From positions 302 through 64,301 of the forward strand of contig JANWWJ010000041.1 of assembly GCA_025056305.1 (NCBI GenBank): a DNA stretch of 64,000 nucleotides, in the 5' to 3' direction. This document shows positions 1 through 9,427 of this stretch, piece by piece. Origin of the DNA: Chitinophagales bacterium. GTDB lineage: Bacteria; Bacteroidota; Bacteroidia; Chitinophagales; UBA10324. The translations under genes were made by a program, and so were the position numbers. The notes beneath the pieces are model-generated. The model had not been told where the DNA came from. It did no database searches and was given only the letters and a program-made list of their open reading frames with translations. Position 1 is the first letter of the stretch; the number at the start of each line of letters is the position of its first letter.

Positions 1-63
<63 letters not shown>

Positions 64-219
64 AAAAGTCGATTGACGTGAGCCGCTTTCCTGTTTGCTC
101 AAGCTATCCCTTCTCTCAAAGAACGTTGATTGCCCCTCCTTGGGGCAACCTTGGGCTAACCTACTTGGTTAATCGTAATGCTGAGAACGAAATGTGGTGT
201 GCTTGTCTGAAGCGGAGGG

Positions 220-227
220 CAAAGATA
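220..227 (-). promoter_or_regulatory. Candidate rRNA-operon promoter -7 box (TATCTTTG) with an upstream TTTG
   Basis: The minus strand reads TTTG-N18-TATCTTTG about 160 nt upstream of the 16S 5' end. It resembles the Bacteroidota sigma-A consensus (-33 TTTG, -7 TAnnTTTG). This is a motif match only, and the spacer is 1 nt shorter than the usual 19-21. Confidence 0.3.
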
Positions 228-305
228 TAAAGCTGCTTTAATGTGCAAAACAATTTTTCAACAATTTCGAAGATTGTTTTGGTCTGGCCCGGCCGCAAAA
301 CCCTA

Positions 306-1748
306 ATGCTCTACGCTGCCTTGCTGTATTGTTCAAGACTTTGGCCCCTGAGGATTCGCCAACTAAGCATGTGGGTGTTACTGCCTGGCTCGTTAATGGC
401 ACAGACGCTGCCTATTGACAGCAGCAGGCTGCTGATCACCGCCATTACCATTTCCGGTAATGAACGTACCCGGCCTGCGGTAATCTTGCGCGAATTGACT
501 TTTTCAGAAGGCGATACGCTGCTTCGTGAGCGGTTGTGGCAACAGTTTTCCGCCAGTCGTAATAATTTGCTTAATACCGGCCTGTTTCATGAAGCCACGC
601 TCAGCTTACAGCCAGCCAGTCATTGTTTGTGCGGCACCGTCCACATCGAGGTGATTGAACGCTGGTACATCATACCGGTCCCTGCTATAAGTTTATATGA
701 CCGAAATTTTAATGTTTGGTGGGTCGAGCATCGCCGTGATCTGCGTTGGCTGCAATGGGGTCTCCGTTTTTATTACAAGAATTTATCCGGCCACAATGAC
801 GAGCTACGGCTCACGGCACTCACCGGCTTCCAGCAACAATTTGCGTTACAGTATCGCCTGCCTCAACTGGATCCGGAGCGCCGGCACCTGCTGAGAATCT
901 ATGCCGCGTACTCGCGAAGCAAGCGGCTGGCCTATGGACTGCAGGATAACCGAGAACTCATTTTTCAAGACATCGACCACTATCAGCGCACTTTCTTTTC
1001 GGCCAATATGGACTATCAGTGGCGGCCTGCCTTTAATCACCGCTACATGTTTACGATTGGTTTACGCAGGTATGCAATTACCGACACCGTTGCAACCCTT
1101 AATCCGGATTATGCCGGCGATAGTGCTACCGTGCTGTTCTATCCATATGTAGCATTCACCTACGAGAGAGATTTCCGTGATGTAGTGGCCTATCCGCTTA
1201 AAGGCAACTATCAAGAGCTGTCGCTCATGCGCCTGGGGTTGGGATTTTCCGACAATCTTTCAGGCTGGATCATGCAGTTTACTGCTTCAGCCTATCCCTG
1301 CTGGCGGCGCTGGTACGCCGCAGGTCTGATTCGCATGCGCATTTCAGTACCGGCCGACCTTCCCTACCTTTTGCAACGAGGTATCGGTTATGGCTCTGAC
1401 TATGTTTCGGGTTATGAGTATTATGCAATTAATGGAACGGCTTTGGGCATAGCAAAATTTGCCCTGCGACGGCCTTTGCTGGAATGGCAATTGCCTACCA
1501 GCCCCAACAATGTGCTTACGCGGGGAGCACGGCTCCCTTTTTTGATCTATACAAAAGCATTTGTGGAATCAGGTTATGTGTGGCAAAAGCCTCAAGCACC
1601 GGGCAACGAGCTGTCTAACCGCCTTTTGCTTAGTGCTGGTCTAGGAGCCGATATCGTCTTGTTTTATGATACTTCACTCCGACTCAATTATGCCATCAAC
1701 TGCAAAAGAGAGCATGGCCTATTTGTACATTACACCACCTACTTTTGA
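306..1748 (+). CDS. Omp85/BamA-family outer membrane protein with a single recognisable POTRA domain (surface antigen D15-like)
   Basis: POTRA-like segment ITAITISGNERTRPAVILRELTFSEGDTL...VHIEVIERWYIIPVP, followed by a long beta-barrel-like region ending in aromatic residues (HYTTYF). The start is uncertain: GTG 243, ATG 306 or ATG 369. Confidence 0.7.
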   Translation: MLYAALLYCSRLWPLRIRQLSMWVLLPGSLMAQTLPIDSSRLLITAITISGNERTRPAVILRELTFSEGDTLLRERLWQQFSASRNNLLNTGLFHEATLSLQPASHCLCGTVHIEVIERWYIIPVPAISLYDRNFNVWWVEHRRDLRWLQWGLRFYYKNLSGHNDELRLTALTGFQQQFALQYRLPQLDPERRHLLRIYAAYSRSKRLAYGLQDNRELIFQDIDHYQRTFFSANMDYQWRPAFNHRYMFTIGLRRYAITDTVATLNPDYAGDSATVLFYPYVAFTYERDFRDVVAYPLKGNYQELSLMRLGLGFSDNLSGWIMQFTASAYPCWRRWYAAGLIRMRISVPADLPYLLQRGIGYGSDYVSGYEYYAINGTALGIAKFALRRPLLEWQLPTSPNNVLTRGARLPFLIYTKAFVESGYVWQKPQAPGNELSNRLLLSAGLGADIVLFYDTSLRLNYAINCKREHGLFVHYTTYF

Positions 1749-1771
1749 CCACACCGGTAAAGGGATGGCGC

Positions 1772-2650
1772 ATGACGGTTGCATTATATTGCCGATCCAT
1801 AGCAGAAGCTGATCTGCCTGTGGTGCAGCGCATGCTGGAACTGTTGCAACACCGAAAGTTCCGCATCTTTTTACATAAGCGTTTTTATGAATGTGTTTCT
1901 GCAGCCGTTACGTTACCTGCCGGGACCCAGGTTTTTACGACACATGCCGAAATCAGTGAACATGCCGACTACCTGTTTTCCTTGGGTGGTGATGGTACGT
2001 TGTTAGACACCTTAACCTTAGTGCGCGACCGCCCTATACCGGTAGCAGGTATCAACTTGGGCCGCCTTGGTTTTTTGGCCAACATCGGAAAGGATGAAAT
2101 TGAAGCCACCATCGATGCCTTGTTGGAAGGAACTTATGTACTTGACCGGAGAGCCCTGTTGGAATTAGTGACGAATCGGCCGGTGTTTGACGGAGTCAAC
2201 TTCGCACTCAACGACATCACCTTGCATAAGAAGGACACTTCGAACATGATTCTCATTCATACCTATCTGAACGGGCAATTCTTAAATTCCTACTTTGCCG
2301 ATGGACTTATTGTGGCCACTCCCACAGGGTCCACCGGCTATTCGCTGAGCTGTGGAGGGCCTATTGTAATGCCGGATTCCGGCAACATCATCCTCACACC
2401 CATTGCGCCGCACAACCTTAACGTCAGGCCAATGGTACTTTCTGAAGACAGTGTGCTCTCGTTTGAAGTAGAAGGACGAAGTCGTGAATTTTACTGTACG
2501 TTGGACAGCCGCACCGAAACGCTGGATGCCAGTTTTCAGATCGCTGTGAAAAAATGCGGCTTTACCATGAAGCTGATCAGACTTCGGGATCATCACTTTT
2601 TAGACACGTTGCGGCGCAAACTGATGTGGGGCGCCGATATCCGCCGCTGA
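1772..2650 (+). CDS. nadK: NAD(+) kinase
   Basis: GGDGTLL motif and ATPTGSTGYSLSCGGPIV motif. Length is ~290 aa. ATG 1772 is chosen over the in-frame TTG 1745, which overlaps the upstream stop. Confidence 0.9.
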   Translation: MTVALYCRSIAEADLPVVQRMLELLQHRKFRIFLHKRFYECVSAAVTLPAGTQVFTTHAEISEHADYLFSLGGDGTLLDTLTLVRDRPIPVAGINLGRLGFLANIGKDEIEATIDALLEGTYVLDRRALLELVTNRPVFDGVNFALNDITLHKKDTSNMILIHTYLNGQFLNSYFADGLIVATPTGSTGYSLSCGGPIVMPDSGNIILTPIAPHNLNVRPMVLSEDSVLSFEVEGRSREFYCTLDSRTETLDASFQIAVKKCGFTMKLIRLRDHHFLDTLRRKLMWGADIRR

Positions 2651-2711
2651 GGCGCACCATGCCCTTTCCGTAATTTTTTCCTTTTATATTTCGCCGCCAA
2701 ACCCTTGCCTA

Positions 2712-4397
2712 ATGAGTGCACATGCTACCAACAGCAGCCACCCGAAGGCTTTGTATGTTTTGTTCTTTACCGAAATGTGGGAACGTTTTGCCTACTATCT
2801 GATGGTAGGCATTTTTTTTCTATATCTGATTGATCCCACGGCTACTGGCGGTAAGGGATTCCTGAATTCAGATGCCGCTGACCTGGTGGGTTCCTTTATT
2901 GCTCTGGTGTATTTGGCCCCCTTCATCGGTGGCATGATTGCCGACCGGTATTTGGGCTATCGTCGCGCCATAGTGTTGGGCGGGTTGCTCATGGCTGCCG
3001 GCTACATCGGACTGTCTTTTCCAGGCGATGCTGCCTTGTACTTGTCGCTACTGAGCATCATTATCGGCAATGGATTTTTCAAACCAAACATCTCGACCCT
3101 GCTCGGCAACATTTATGATGCCGAAGAATTAAAAGCGAAGAAAGATTCGGCTTATGGCATTTTTTACATGGGCATCAACATCGGAGCTTTCTTCTGCAAC
3201 TTCGCGGCCGCCTACTTACGCATTAACTACGGCTGGGGATATGCTTTTGCCGCTGCGGGGATAGGCTTGCTCATCGGCTTAGCATGGCTTATCATCAACT
3301 ACGGAGATGAACATTTTGTGCGCGCCGATAAGGTGAAAGCTTTAGAGCCGGGTGACCCCTCCATGGGTCAGATTTTGCGCACCCTTTTTCTGCCTGCAGC
3401 CATCACCGGTGTTGTCGGCTACTTTATCAGTCATCCAAACTTGCTGGGGACAACCATCTTTGGGTCGCGCAGTAATGATGCTTTCTTCTTTGCCTGTGTG
3501 CCTATCATTGGTTTTTACCTACGCCTCTTGTGGCGTTCTTCGGCTGAAGACCGGCGTGGGCTGGGCGCTTTGATGGCCTTCTTTGGTGTCAGCATCGTTT
3601 TCTGGGTAATCTACAATCAAAACAGCACCGCCTTAACCATTTGGGCCGATCAATATACGCGCCGAACGGTGCCGCCGGCCGTCGAGAAATTTTTCTCTTC
3701 AATCGACATGGTGCAGGTCGTCAAAACCGATTCGCAGGTAACCTATAAGACGGATCAATACCTGCGCGTCATAACTGACGAGCAGGGTAAGCCGATCGAA
3801 GAAATCGGTGCGCATATGTATTTCAAAAACCTGCCTAAAGAAGAATGGCCACAGAACGGCAATTCGCTTAAACTCATCAACCCGGAGCTGTTTCAGTCGG
3901 TCAACCCATTTTTCATCGTGTTTTTCACGCCGCTGGTTTCGGTCTGGTTGTTTGGCTGGCTGCGGCGACGCGGCCGTGAGCCTTCCACCCCCATGAAGGT
4001 TACCCTGGGCATGCTCATCGGCGGCTTGTCATCGCTGGTGATGATTTTTGCTATTATGTCAACCAACATATATGAAAACAAGGTATCTATGATTTGGCTC
4101 ATCAGCACTTATGCTGTATTCACCTTAGGGGAACTGCTGTTAAGTCCGATTGGCCTGTCCATGGTTTCCAAGCTGTCGCCGCGCCGCATCACCGCCTTCA
4201 TGATGGGCGGCTGGTTTCTGGTCAATTCCATTGCCGGCAAAATTTCCGGGCTGATGGCCACCTTCTGGGATTCGTTTACCGACAAGAAAGACTACTTTCT
4301 CATTTTGCTGGTTGCGGCTTTGATTTCTGCTGCCGTCATGATGACGATGGTCAAGTGGATTCGGCAAGTAGTGCGTGAAAAAACCGGTTCGGACTGA
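2712..4397 (+). CDS. POT/PTR2-family proton-dependent oligopeptide (di/tripeptide) transporter
   Basis: N-terminal PTR2 signature FFTEMWERFAYYLM, then GGMIADRYLGYRR. Multi-TM MFS topology, 561 aa. Confidence 0.88.
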   Translation: MSAHATNSSHPKALYVLFFTEMWERFAYYLMVGIFFLYLIDPTATGGKGFLNSDAADLVGSFIALVYLAPFIGGMIADRYLGYRRAIVLGGLLMAAGYIGLSFPGDAALYLSLLSIIIGNGFFKPNISTLLGNIYDAEELKAKKDSAYGIFYMGINIGAFFCNFAAAYLRINYGWGYAFAAAGIGLLIGLAWLIINYGDEHFVRADKVKALEPGDPSMGQILRTLFLPAAITGVVGYFISHPNLLGTTIFGSRSNDAFFFACVPIIGFYLRLLWRSSAEDRRGLGALMAFFGVSIVFWVIYNQNSTALTIWADQYTRRTVPPAVEKFFSSIDMVQVVKTDSQVTYKTDQYLRVITDEQGKPIEEIGAHMYFKNLPKEEWPQNGNSLKLINPELFQSVNPFFIVFFTPLVSVWLFGWLRRRGREPSTPMKVTLGMLIGGLSSLVMIFAIMSTNIYENKVSMIWLISTYAVFTLGELLLSPIGLSMVSKLSPRRITAFMMGGWFLVNSIAGKISGLMATFWDSFTDKKDYFLILLVAALISAAVMMTMVKWIRQVVREKTGSD

Positions 4398-4979
4398 AAT
4401 CGCGGCTTGCTCCAGGGTTGCTTGTCCGACGTGTGAAACCGATCGCAAGCATCGGGCCGAAGATGGCTCCGTGGCAAAGCTTATGGTCATGATTACCAAG
4501 TGTCTTCACTATCGAAAGCGGCTTGGCAGAAGCAACTGAAGCAAAGGTCATATGGCTGGTTTTGTGCCGTCGGGACAAGAGACGGCGGCATTATGAGTCA
4601 TTCCTGCAAGCGAAGAATTCATGCAAGGGTTGGCATGTCATAGATCCATGACCAAAAAATGAATCAATGAGGAAGGTCAGGGAGCCATGAGCCAATACAG
4701 GAGGTCCTGTTCATCACCCCTTGGCCGAGCAATTCAATTAGCAACGATTCCCAATATCCATTACCGCACCCAACCAGCGGCAACCCACGCCTTTTAAGGG
4801 CAGAAGGTTGGGTCGTGCAGCAGATTTTCCGCCTGCAAGACCTGTGGCGTGTATGGAAAGCGGAAGACGATGGGATGGGCTTGGCTTTTTTGATGAGTTC
4901 AATGTGAAAACAAAGATTGCTCCGGTGTAGCCAACTTATCGCCCGAAGCAGAGTAGTTTCGTGCGGATCCTCCTTTTCC

Positions 4980-6023
4980 ATGTCTGCCGCACAACGTACC
5001 GAAATTTCTGAACTTGGTGAATTTGGCCTAATCCGCCGTCTTACCGAACGGTTCAAGAAGAAACATGGCTCTACCGTGTTAGGCGTAGGCGATGATGCGG
5101 CTGTGATCCGATATGAAGGCGAACGACAGGTGGTGGTTACTACCGACCTTTTGCTTGAGGGCATTCATTTTGACCTGATGTATGTGCCGCTCAAACATCT
5201 GGGTTATAAAGCAGTGGTCGTAAACCTCAGCGATGTGTATGCGATGAATGCTACCCCAAGGCAGATCACGGTTTCCATAGGTGTTTCCAATCGGTTTTCG
5301 GTCGAAGCATTGGAAGAGCTGTATGCTGGTATTTATGCCGCATGCAGGAAATATGATGTAGATATGGTAGGTGGCGACACCAGCTCATCGGTTAAAGGCA
5401 TGGTCATATCAGTGACAGCTATAGGTGAAGCTGATGCCAACCGTTTGGTTCGGCGCAGTGGGGCTGCCGTCAACGAGCTGATTTGTGTTACGGGTGATCT
5501 GGGCTCGGCTTATCTGGGACTACAGTTGCTTGAGCGAGAAAAACGCATCTTTTTGGAAAATCCTAACGTTCAGCCAGATCTGGAAGGGCAAGCCTATGTC
5601 GTAGGGCGCCAACTCAAGCCAGAAGCCCGCCGAGATGTAATCGAATGGCTGGCGCAGGCCGACATTTTGCCCACCAGCATGATTGACATCAGCGATGGAC
5701 TCTCATCTGAGGTCCTGCACCTTTGCGAGGCTTCGGGAACCGGCTGTCGGCTATATGAAGAAAAAATACCCATTGCTGAAGAAGCCTATCAATTGGCACT
5801 AAAATTCCACTTGGACCCCATAACGTGCGCCCTGCATGGTGGTGAAGACTACGAGCTGCTGTTTACCATTCGCCAACAGGATTATGAAAAAATCAAAAAT
5901 CATCCTGATATTTCGGTTATCGGCCATATGCAAGATGCTTCTCTCGGATGCCAGTTGATCACCAAGGGCAATAACGTACATACGCTAACCGCCCTTGGGT
6001 GGAATGCGTTCCGCAAAGCTTAA
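4980..6023 (+). CDS. thiL: Thiamine-monophosphate kinase
   Basis: The N-terminus TEISELGEFGLIRRL...GDDAAV...TTDLLLEGIHF and the AIR-synthase-like fold motifs GGDTS and HGGEDYELLFT are typical of ThiL. ATG 4980 is chosen, because the upstream 21 codons of the ORF look non-coding. Confidence 0.9.
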   Translation: MSAAQRTEISELGEFGLIRRLTERFKKKHGSTVLGVGDDAAVIRYEGERQVVVTTDLLLEGIHFDLMYVPLKHLGYKAVVVNLSDVYAMNATPRQITVSIGVSNRFSVEALEELYAGIYAACRKYDVDMVGGDTSSSVKGMVISVTAIGEADANRLVRRSGAAVNELICVTGDLGSAYLGLQLLEREKRIFLENPNVQPDLEGQAYVVGRQLKPEARRDVIEWLAQADILPTSMIDISDGLSSEVLHLCEASGTGCRLYEEKIPIAEEAYQLALKFHLDPITCALHGGEDYELLFTIRQQDYEKIKNHPDISVIGHMQDASLGCQLITKGNNVHTLTALGWNAFRKA

Positions 6024-6057
6024 ATCATGACATAGTTTTGCAGGAAAGACCTGCTGC

Positions 6058-7626
6058 ATGAGTCGTTTATTCATATTGCTCATCATTCTCTCATGCAGCC
6101 GCTCTGATGGCCAGGTGCCCCCTCAAATCGAATGGCAGCGCTGCTATGGCGGTACTGACGATGACATAGGCTATGCCATAAGCACTACCACCGATGGAGG
6201 TTTCATTTTCGCTGGCTGTGCCGGTTCTATTAATGGCGACATCCCTCCCAAGACTGAAGAAGTTTTGCACGGAGGAAAATGCGATTACTGGACCGCTCAC
6301 GTAAACCATAAGGGCGACATTTTGTTTAAGCGATTATTGGATGGAACTGAAAGTGATGTGGCGCGCAAAGCCCTGGAGCTGCCCGACGGAAATTTTCTCA
6401 TTGCCGGCAGCACGGCCTCAAACGATATTGATGTGGATTGCAATCATGGCGACTTTGACGTTTGGATCATTAAGCTTGATGCAGCTGGCAATGTTCTTTG
6501 GAAAAAATGTTATGGAGGGCCAGGTTATGAAGATTTCGGATCGCTTGTGCTTACTGCAGATGGGGGGTTTGCCTTTTGTGCCGGAACTACCTCAAACAGC
6601 GGTCAAGTCAGTGGCAACTTCGGCAGCAGCGACTTCTGGGTAGTGAAAGCCGATTCTGCTGGAAACATTCAGTGGGCCAAATGTTTTGGAGGAAGCGGTT
6701 ATGAAAAAGCCTTCAGCCTCACCGCCACCTCCGATGGAGGTTTGGCCATTTGTGGCTTCACCAGCAGCCAGGACGGGCAAGTTATAGGAAACCACAGCAG
6801 CGATTTCGATGGTTGGGTGGTGCGGCTGGATGACAAAGGCAAAACCAAGTGGACCCGCTGTTATGGAGGCACGCTTTTCGAAACCTTGTACAGCATCACC
6901 GAATTAAAAGATGGCTCGCTGATGTTAACGGGCTATGCTTCCTCTTCCGACGGTGACTTAACCGGTAATTACGGTGGCGACGATGGATGGCTGTTGCGCA
7001 TCGCTGCCGATGGGCAAATTCTCTGGAGCAAGAACATCGGCGGCACGGCCGATGAATCGTTGAGTAAAGCCATCCAAACTGCGGATGGAACGATTATAGC
7101 TACCGGCTATAGTAGATCTTCGGGGGGCGATGTGCCGGCCAACTACGGCGACTGGGATTGTTGGTTGGTCCTTACCGACACAGCCGGCAATCTGCTGCAC
7201 AGTAAAAATTTCGGTGGCTTGCTGGCCGATGTCTGTTACGATGTAGCGGTTGCTGCCGATGGGGGTTTGGCGCTGATGGGTTACACCGCTTCAGTGGATA
7301 CATTTTTTGATGTATCGGGCAACCACGGCAAAAAAGATTTCTGGCTGGTGAAGCTATCCAGTCTCACTGCCGTACCGGCATTTCCTGGCAAAGCTGCCGT
7401 TATCTTGGAGCCTAATCCTGCACATCACTACGTGACAATTCGCCTGCCAACACACCACGGGCGCACACAAATCCGCCTATATGATTTGCTGGGGCGTGTG
7501 CTCATCGAAGAAACCACTCATCAGTCTGTTCATTTGCTTTTATTGAAAACGTTGCCATCAGGATTGTATCAGCTGTCTGTGGTGCAAGGGACCACTACAT
7601 ATAGTTCGATGTTGATGAAACAATAG
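6058..7626 (+). CDS. Secreted repeat protein (about 8 tandem ~48-aa beta-propeller-like repeats) with a T9SS type A C-terminal sorting domain
   Basis: Signal peptide, then a recurring unit W.KCYGG...E....L..T.DGGF...G.T.S..G.V.GN.G..DFW.VKLD..GN. The C-terminus LEPNPAHHYVTIRLP...LYDLLGRVL...LPSGLYQLSV matches the Por secretion tail pattern. Confidence 0.75.
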   Translation: MSRLFILLIILSCSRSDGQVPPQIEWQRCYGGTDDDIGYAISTTTDGGFIFAGCAGSINGDIPPKTEEVLHGGKCDYWTAHVNHKGDILFKRLLDGTESDVARKALELPDGNFLIAGSTASNDIDVDCNHGDFDVWIIKLDAAGNVLWKKCYGGPGYEDFGSLVLTADGGFAFCAGTTSNSGQVSGNFGSSDFWVVKADSAGNIQWAKCFGGSGYEKAFSLTATSDGGLAICGFTSSQDGQVIGNHSSDFDGWVVRLDDKGKTKWTRCYGGTLFETLYSITELKDGSLMLTGYASSSDGDLTGNYGGDDGWLLRIAADGQILWSKNIGGTADESLSKAIQTADGTIIATGYSRSSGGDVPANYGDWDCWLVLTDTAGNLLHSKNFGGLLADVCYDVAVAADGGLALMGYTASVDTFFDVSGNHGKKDFWLVKLSSLTAVPAFPGKAAVILEPNPAHHYVTIRLPTHHGRTQIRLYDLLGRVLIEETTHQSVHLLLLKTLPSGLYQLSVVQGTTTYSSMLMKQ

Positions 7627-7660
7627 GAGCGGAAACCTTGTTTGTAGCTTTGCCCGAGGC

Positions 7661-8644
7661 ATGAAGGGAAATATTTTTTTAACCTTAGTGCTTTCCCACT
7701 TTAGCCTTTCCGTAGCCAGCCAATGCCTGAACAGTTGTGGCTGTGATTTGTTGCCACCCGTCAGTGGTCATCGGGCTGCAACTCAGTTGACGTATCAGTC
7801 GAATATCTATAAGCCCTTCTCAAGTGAAGAGCTAACACACATCACGGGAAATGACCCCGTTTACAGTGTGCGTTCACAACACTCTATTCAGCTTTTGATC
7901 TCAGTGCCCTTACGCGAAAACATTGTGATTCAGGCTGCATTCCCCTTTCTTTTTTCCATGGACAACCTCGAAGCCTTCAAGCATGCCGATGAGCAAGTAC
8001 ACATCACTGCTTTTGGCAACATCAGTGGTTTTGGTGATGCGACAGTACAGGCAGGGTATCGTTTTTTCAGCAACGCCGATAGCTGCTTTGAACTTACGTT
8101 ACTTGCAGGTATAAAAATGCCTACCGGTCAGCGCGAACAATTCAGCAGTGATGGTCTTCTCGCGCCGTTGCACCTTCAGGCTGGATCGGGCTCATGGGAT
8201 CCGCTCCTGCAACTATGGTCAGAATATCAAAATAAACACCATCGAATAAATTTTCGTATTGCTTTTCGGAAAGCCACGACAGCCCTGAACCACAACATGG
8301 GAAGCAGCCTCCACCTATCGCTAACTACCCTGCGCGCATTCAGGATACCAACAAGTCAGTCCATTAGGAATGTGTTGCTCCAAGGCGGCATGTATCTCCT
8401 GGCTCAGCAACGTATGAGCATGCCCCCCTATCACCATTTATCGCATGCTGTTGCGGAACAGCAGTTGTACCCGTTTTCCAATAGCGGTCATATGCGCTTG
8501 ATGGCCGCTGTGGGTACGGGCCTGCAATTCCGCGATGAAGTTCGGTTGCCTGTTCAGGTGCTGTTTCCTTTCTATCAGCGCTTGCAAGGCCAACAGGTGT
8601 CGTTGCGATGGCAGTTGCAAATTGGACTTGATGTTAAATTGTAA
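7661..8644 (+). CDS. Putative outer-membrane beta-barrel transporter-like protein (resembles the MetA-pathway/phenol-degradation-like OMP family)
   Basis: Signal peptide MKGNIFLTLVLSHFSLSVASQ. Motifs GFGDATVQAGYRF, GIKMPTG and LQAGSGSWDP, and alternating hydrophobic strands. The family assignment is from memory of the motif pattern only. Confidence 0.45.
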   Translation: MKGNIFLTLVLSHFSLSVASQCLNSCGCDLLPPVSGHRAATQLTYQSNIYKPFSSEELTHITGNDPVYSVRSQHSIQLLISVPLRENIVIQAAFPFLFSMDNLEAFKHADEQVHITAFGNISGFGDATVQAGYRFFSNADSCFELTLLAGIKMPTGQREQFSSDGLLAPLHLQAGSGSWDPLLQLWSEYQNKHHRINFRIAFRKATTALNHNMGSSLHLSLTTLRAFRIPTSQSIRNVLLQGGMYLLAQQRMSMPPYHHLSHAVAEQQLYPFSNSGHMRLMAAVGTGLQFRDEVRLPVQVLFPFYQRLQGQQVSLRWQLQIGLDVKL

Positions 8645-8656
8645 AAACGTGCATTT

Positions 8657-9076
8657 ATGTTAAAACTTAAGAACATCTCTTTGGCTTTTGTGCTCGGAAC
8701 GGCGGCAGTACTGGCGTGTTCCTCCTGTAGGGAACGATGTGAGGCCGGTCTTGGTGGCAATGTAACGTTAGTGGCCTATGCCAAACACCACGGCAAACCC
8801 ATCTTTGGTACCGAACAATGGCCCGATTCAGCCCTGATAAAATTCAACGCCAGCGAGTTGCCAGGTGTCAACGCTTCCGATTACGATCTGGTTGTTGTAG
8901 GAAAAGCCGGTGATGATTTTGTGCGAATCGAAGGACTGAAATGCGGAAATTACTATGTGTTCATGACCGGGTTTGATGCCAACTTTAATGCCCGAGTAGT
9001 CGGAGGCATCCCTGTAACCATTGCGCAAGAAAGTGGAGAGCTGCACCTGGATGTGCCGGTTACCGAGGGAGATTGA
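8657..9076 (+). CDS. Hypothetical lipoprotein
   Basis: Lipoprotein-like signal ...GTAAVLACSSC. Compact 139-aa beta-rich sequence with no recognisable family. It sits 12 nt after the preceding OMP-like gene. Confidence 0.5.
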   Translation: MLKLKNISLAFVLGTAAVLACSSCRERCEAGLGGNVTLVAYAKHHGKPIFGTEQWPDSALIKFNASELPGVNASDYDLVVVGKAGDDFVRIEGLKCGNYYVFMTGFDANFNARVVGGIPVTIAQESGELHLDVPVTEGD

Positions 9077-9085
9077 CTGAAAAAG

Positions 9086-9427
9086 TTAATGGACCGGCTG
9101 GGTCCAGATCAGTTGTTCATGGGTACGGGTAGTGTAAAAGTCGGGGCAGCGGCCATCGCCCCGGCCTGTAATGCCTCCGTCAGGTGCACAGATCAAATTG
9201 CAGTCGGCATCGTAGAGTTTACTGAGCTGATCGCAGCAAGGCGGTTGAACGTAATAGACGGTTCGCCCCTGATACGTATAGGAATAAATGCTATATGGCG
9301 GATGCCGAGGTGGTTGGCGGGAAAAATCTTCAATCATTTGCTGAATGCAAAGCGGAACAGATTCTTCGCGGCATTTCTGCTGCGATACGGTCAGTACCAA
9401 AAGGAACAGCGCAGCCAGCCCGTGCAC
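9086..9427 (-). CDS. Hypothetical secreted cysteine-rich protein
   Basis: Signal-like N-terminus MHGLAALFLLVLTV and 7 Cys, including PPCCDQ and CAPDGGITGRGDGRCPDF. This is a more plausible coding frame than the overlapping + strand ORF 9089-9436. Confidence 0.55.
   Translation of the reverse strand: MHGLAALFLLVLTVSQQKCREESVPLCIQQMIEDFSRQPPRHPPYSIYSYTYQGRTVYYVQPPCCDQLSKLYDADCNLICAPDGGITGRGDGRCPDFYTTRTHEQLIWTQPVH

Noticed and set aside
4669-4945. Possible RNase P RNA (rnpB). On the + strand, GAGGAAGGTCAGGGAGCCATGAG at ~4669 resembles CR-I (GAGGAAAGTCCGGGCTCCATAG). AAGGGCAGAAGGTTGGGTCGTGCAG at ~4795 loosely resembles CR-II. CTTATCG at ~4935 matches part of CR-IV. On the minus strand, GGGTGCGGTAA occurs at ~4760.
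   Set aside because: - The near-invariant cores (GGAAAGTCC, ACAGAA..CGGCTTA) are not intact.
- The best matches lie on different strands.
- I could not build P1 or P4 pairing by hand.
- A real rnpB would be much closer to consensus.

This is kept only as a reason to run cmsearch on the spacer.
4664-5164. 166-aa minus-strand ORF spanning the spacer and the thiL start
   Set aside because: Its composition is Arg/Ser/Pro/Cys-rich and low in complexity, with no recognisable motif. It overlaps the well-supported thiL N-terminus on the opposite strand.
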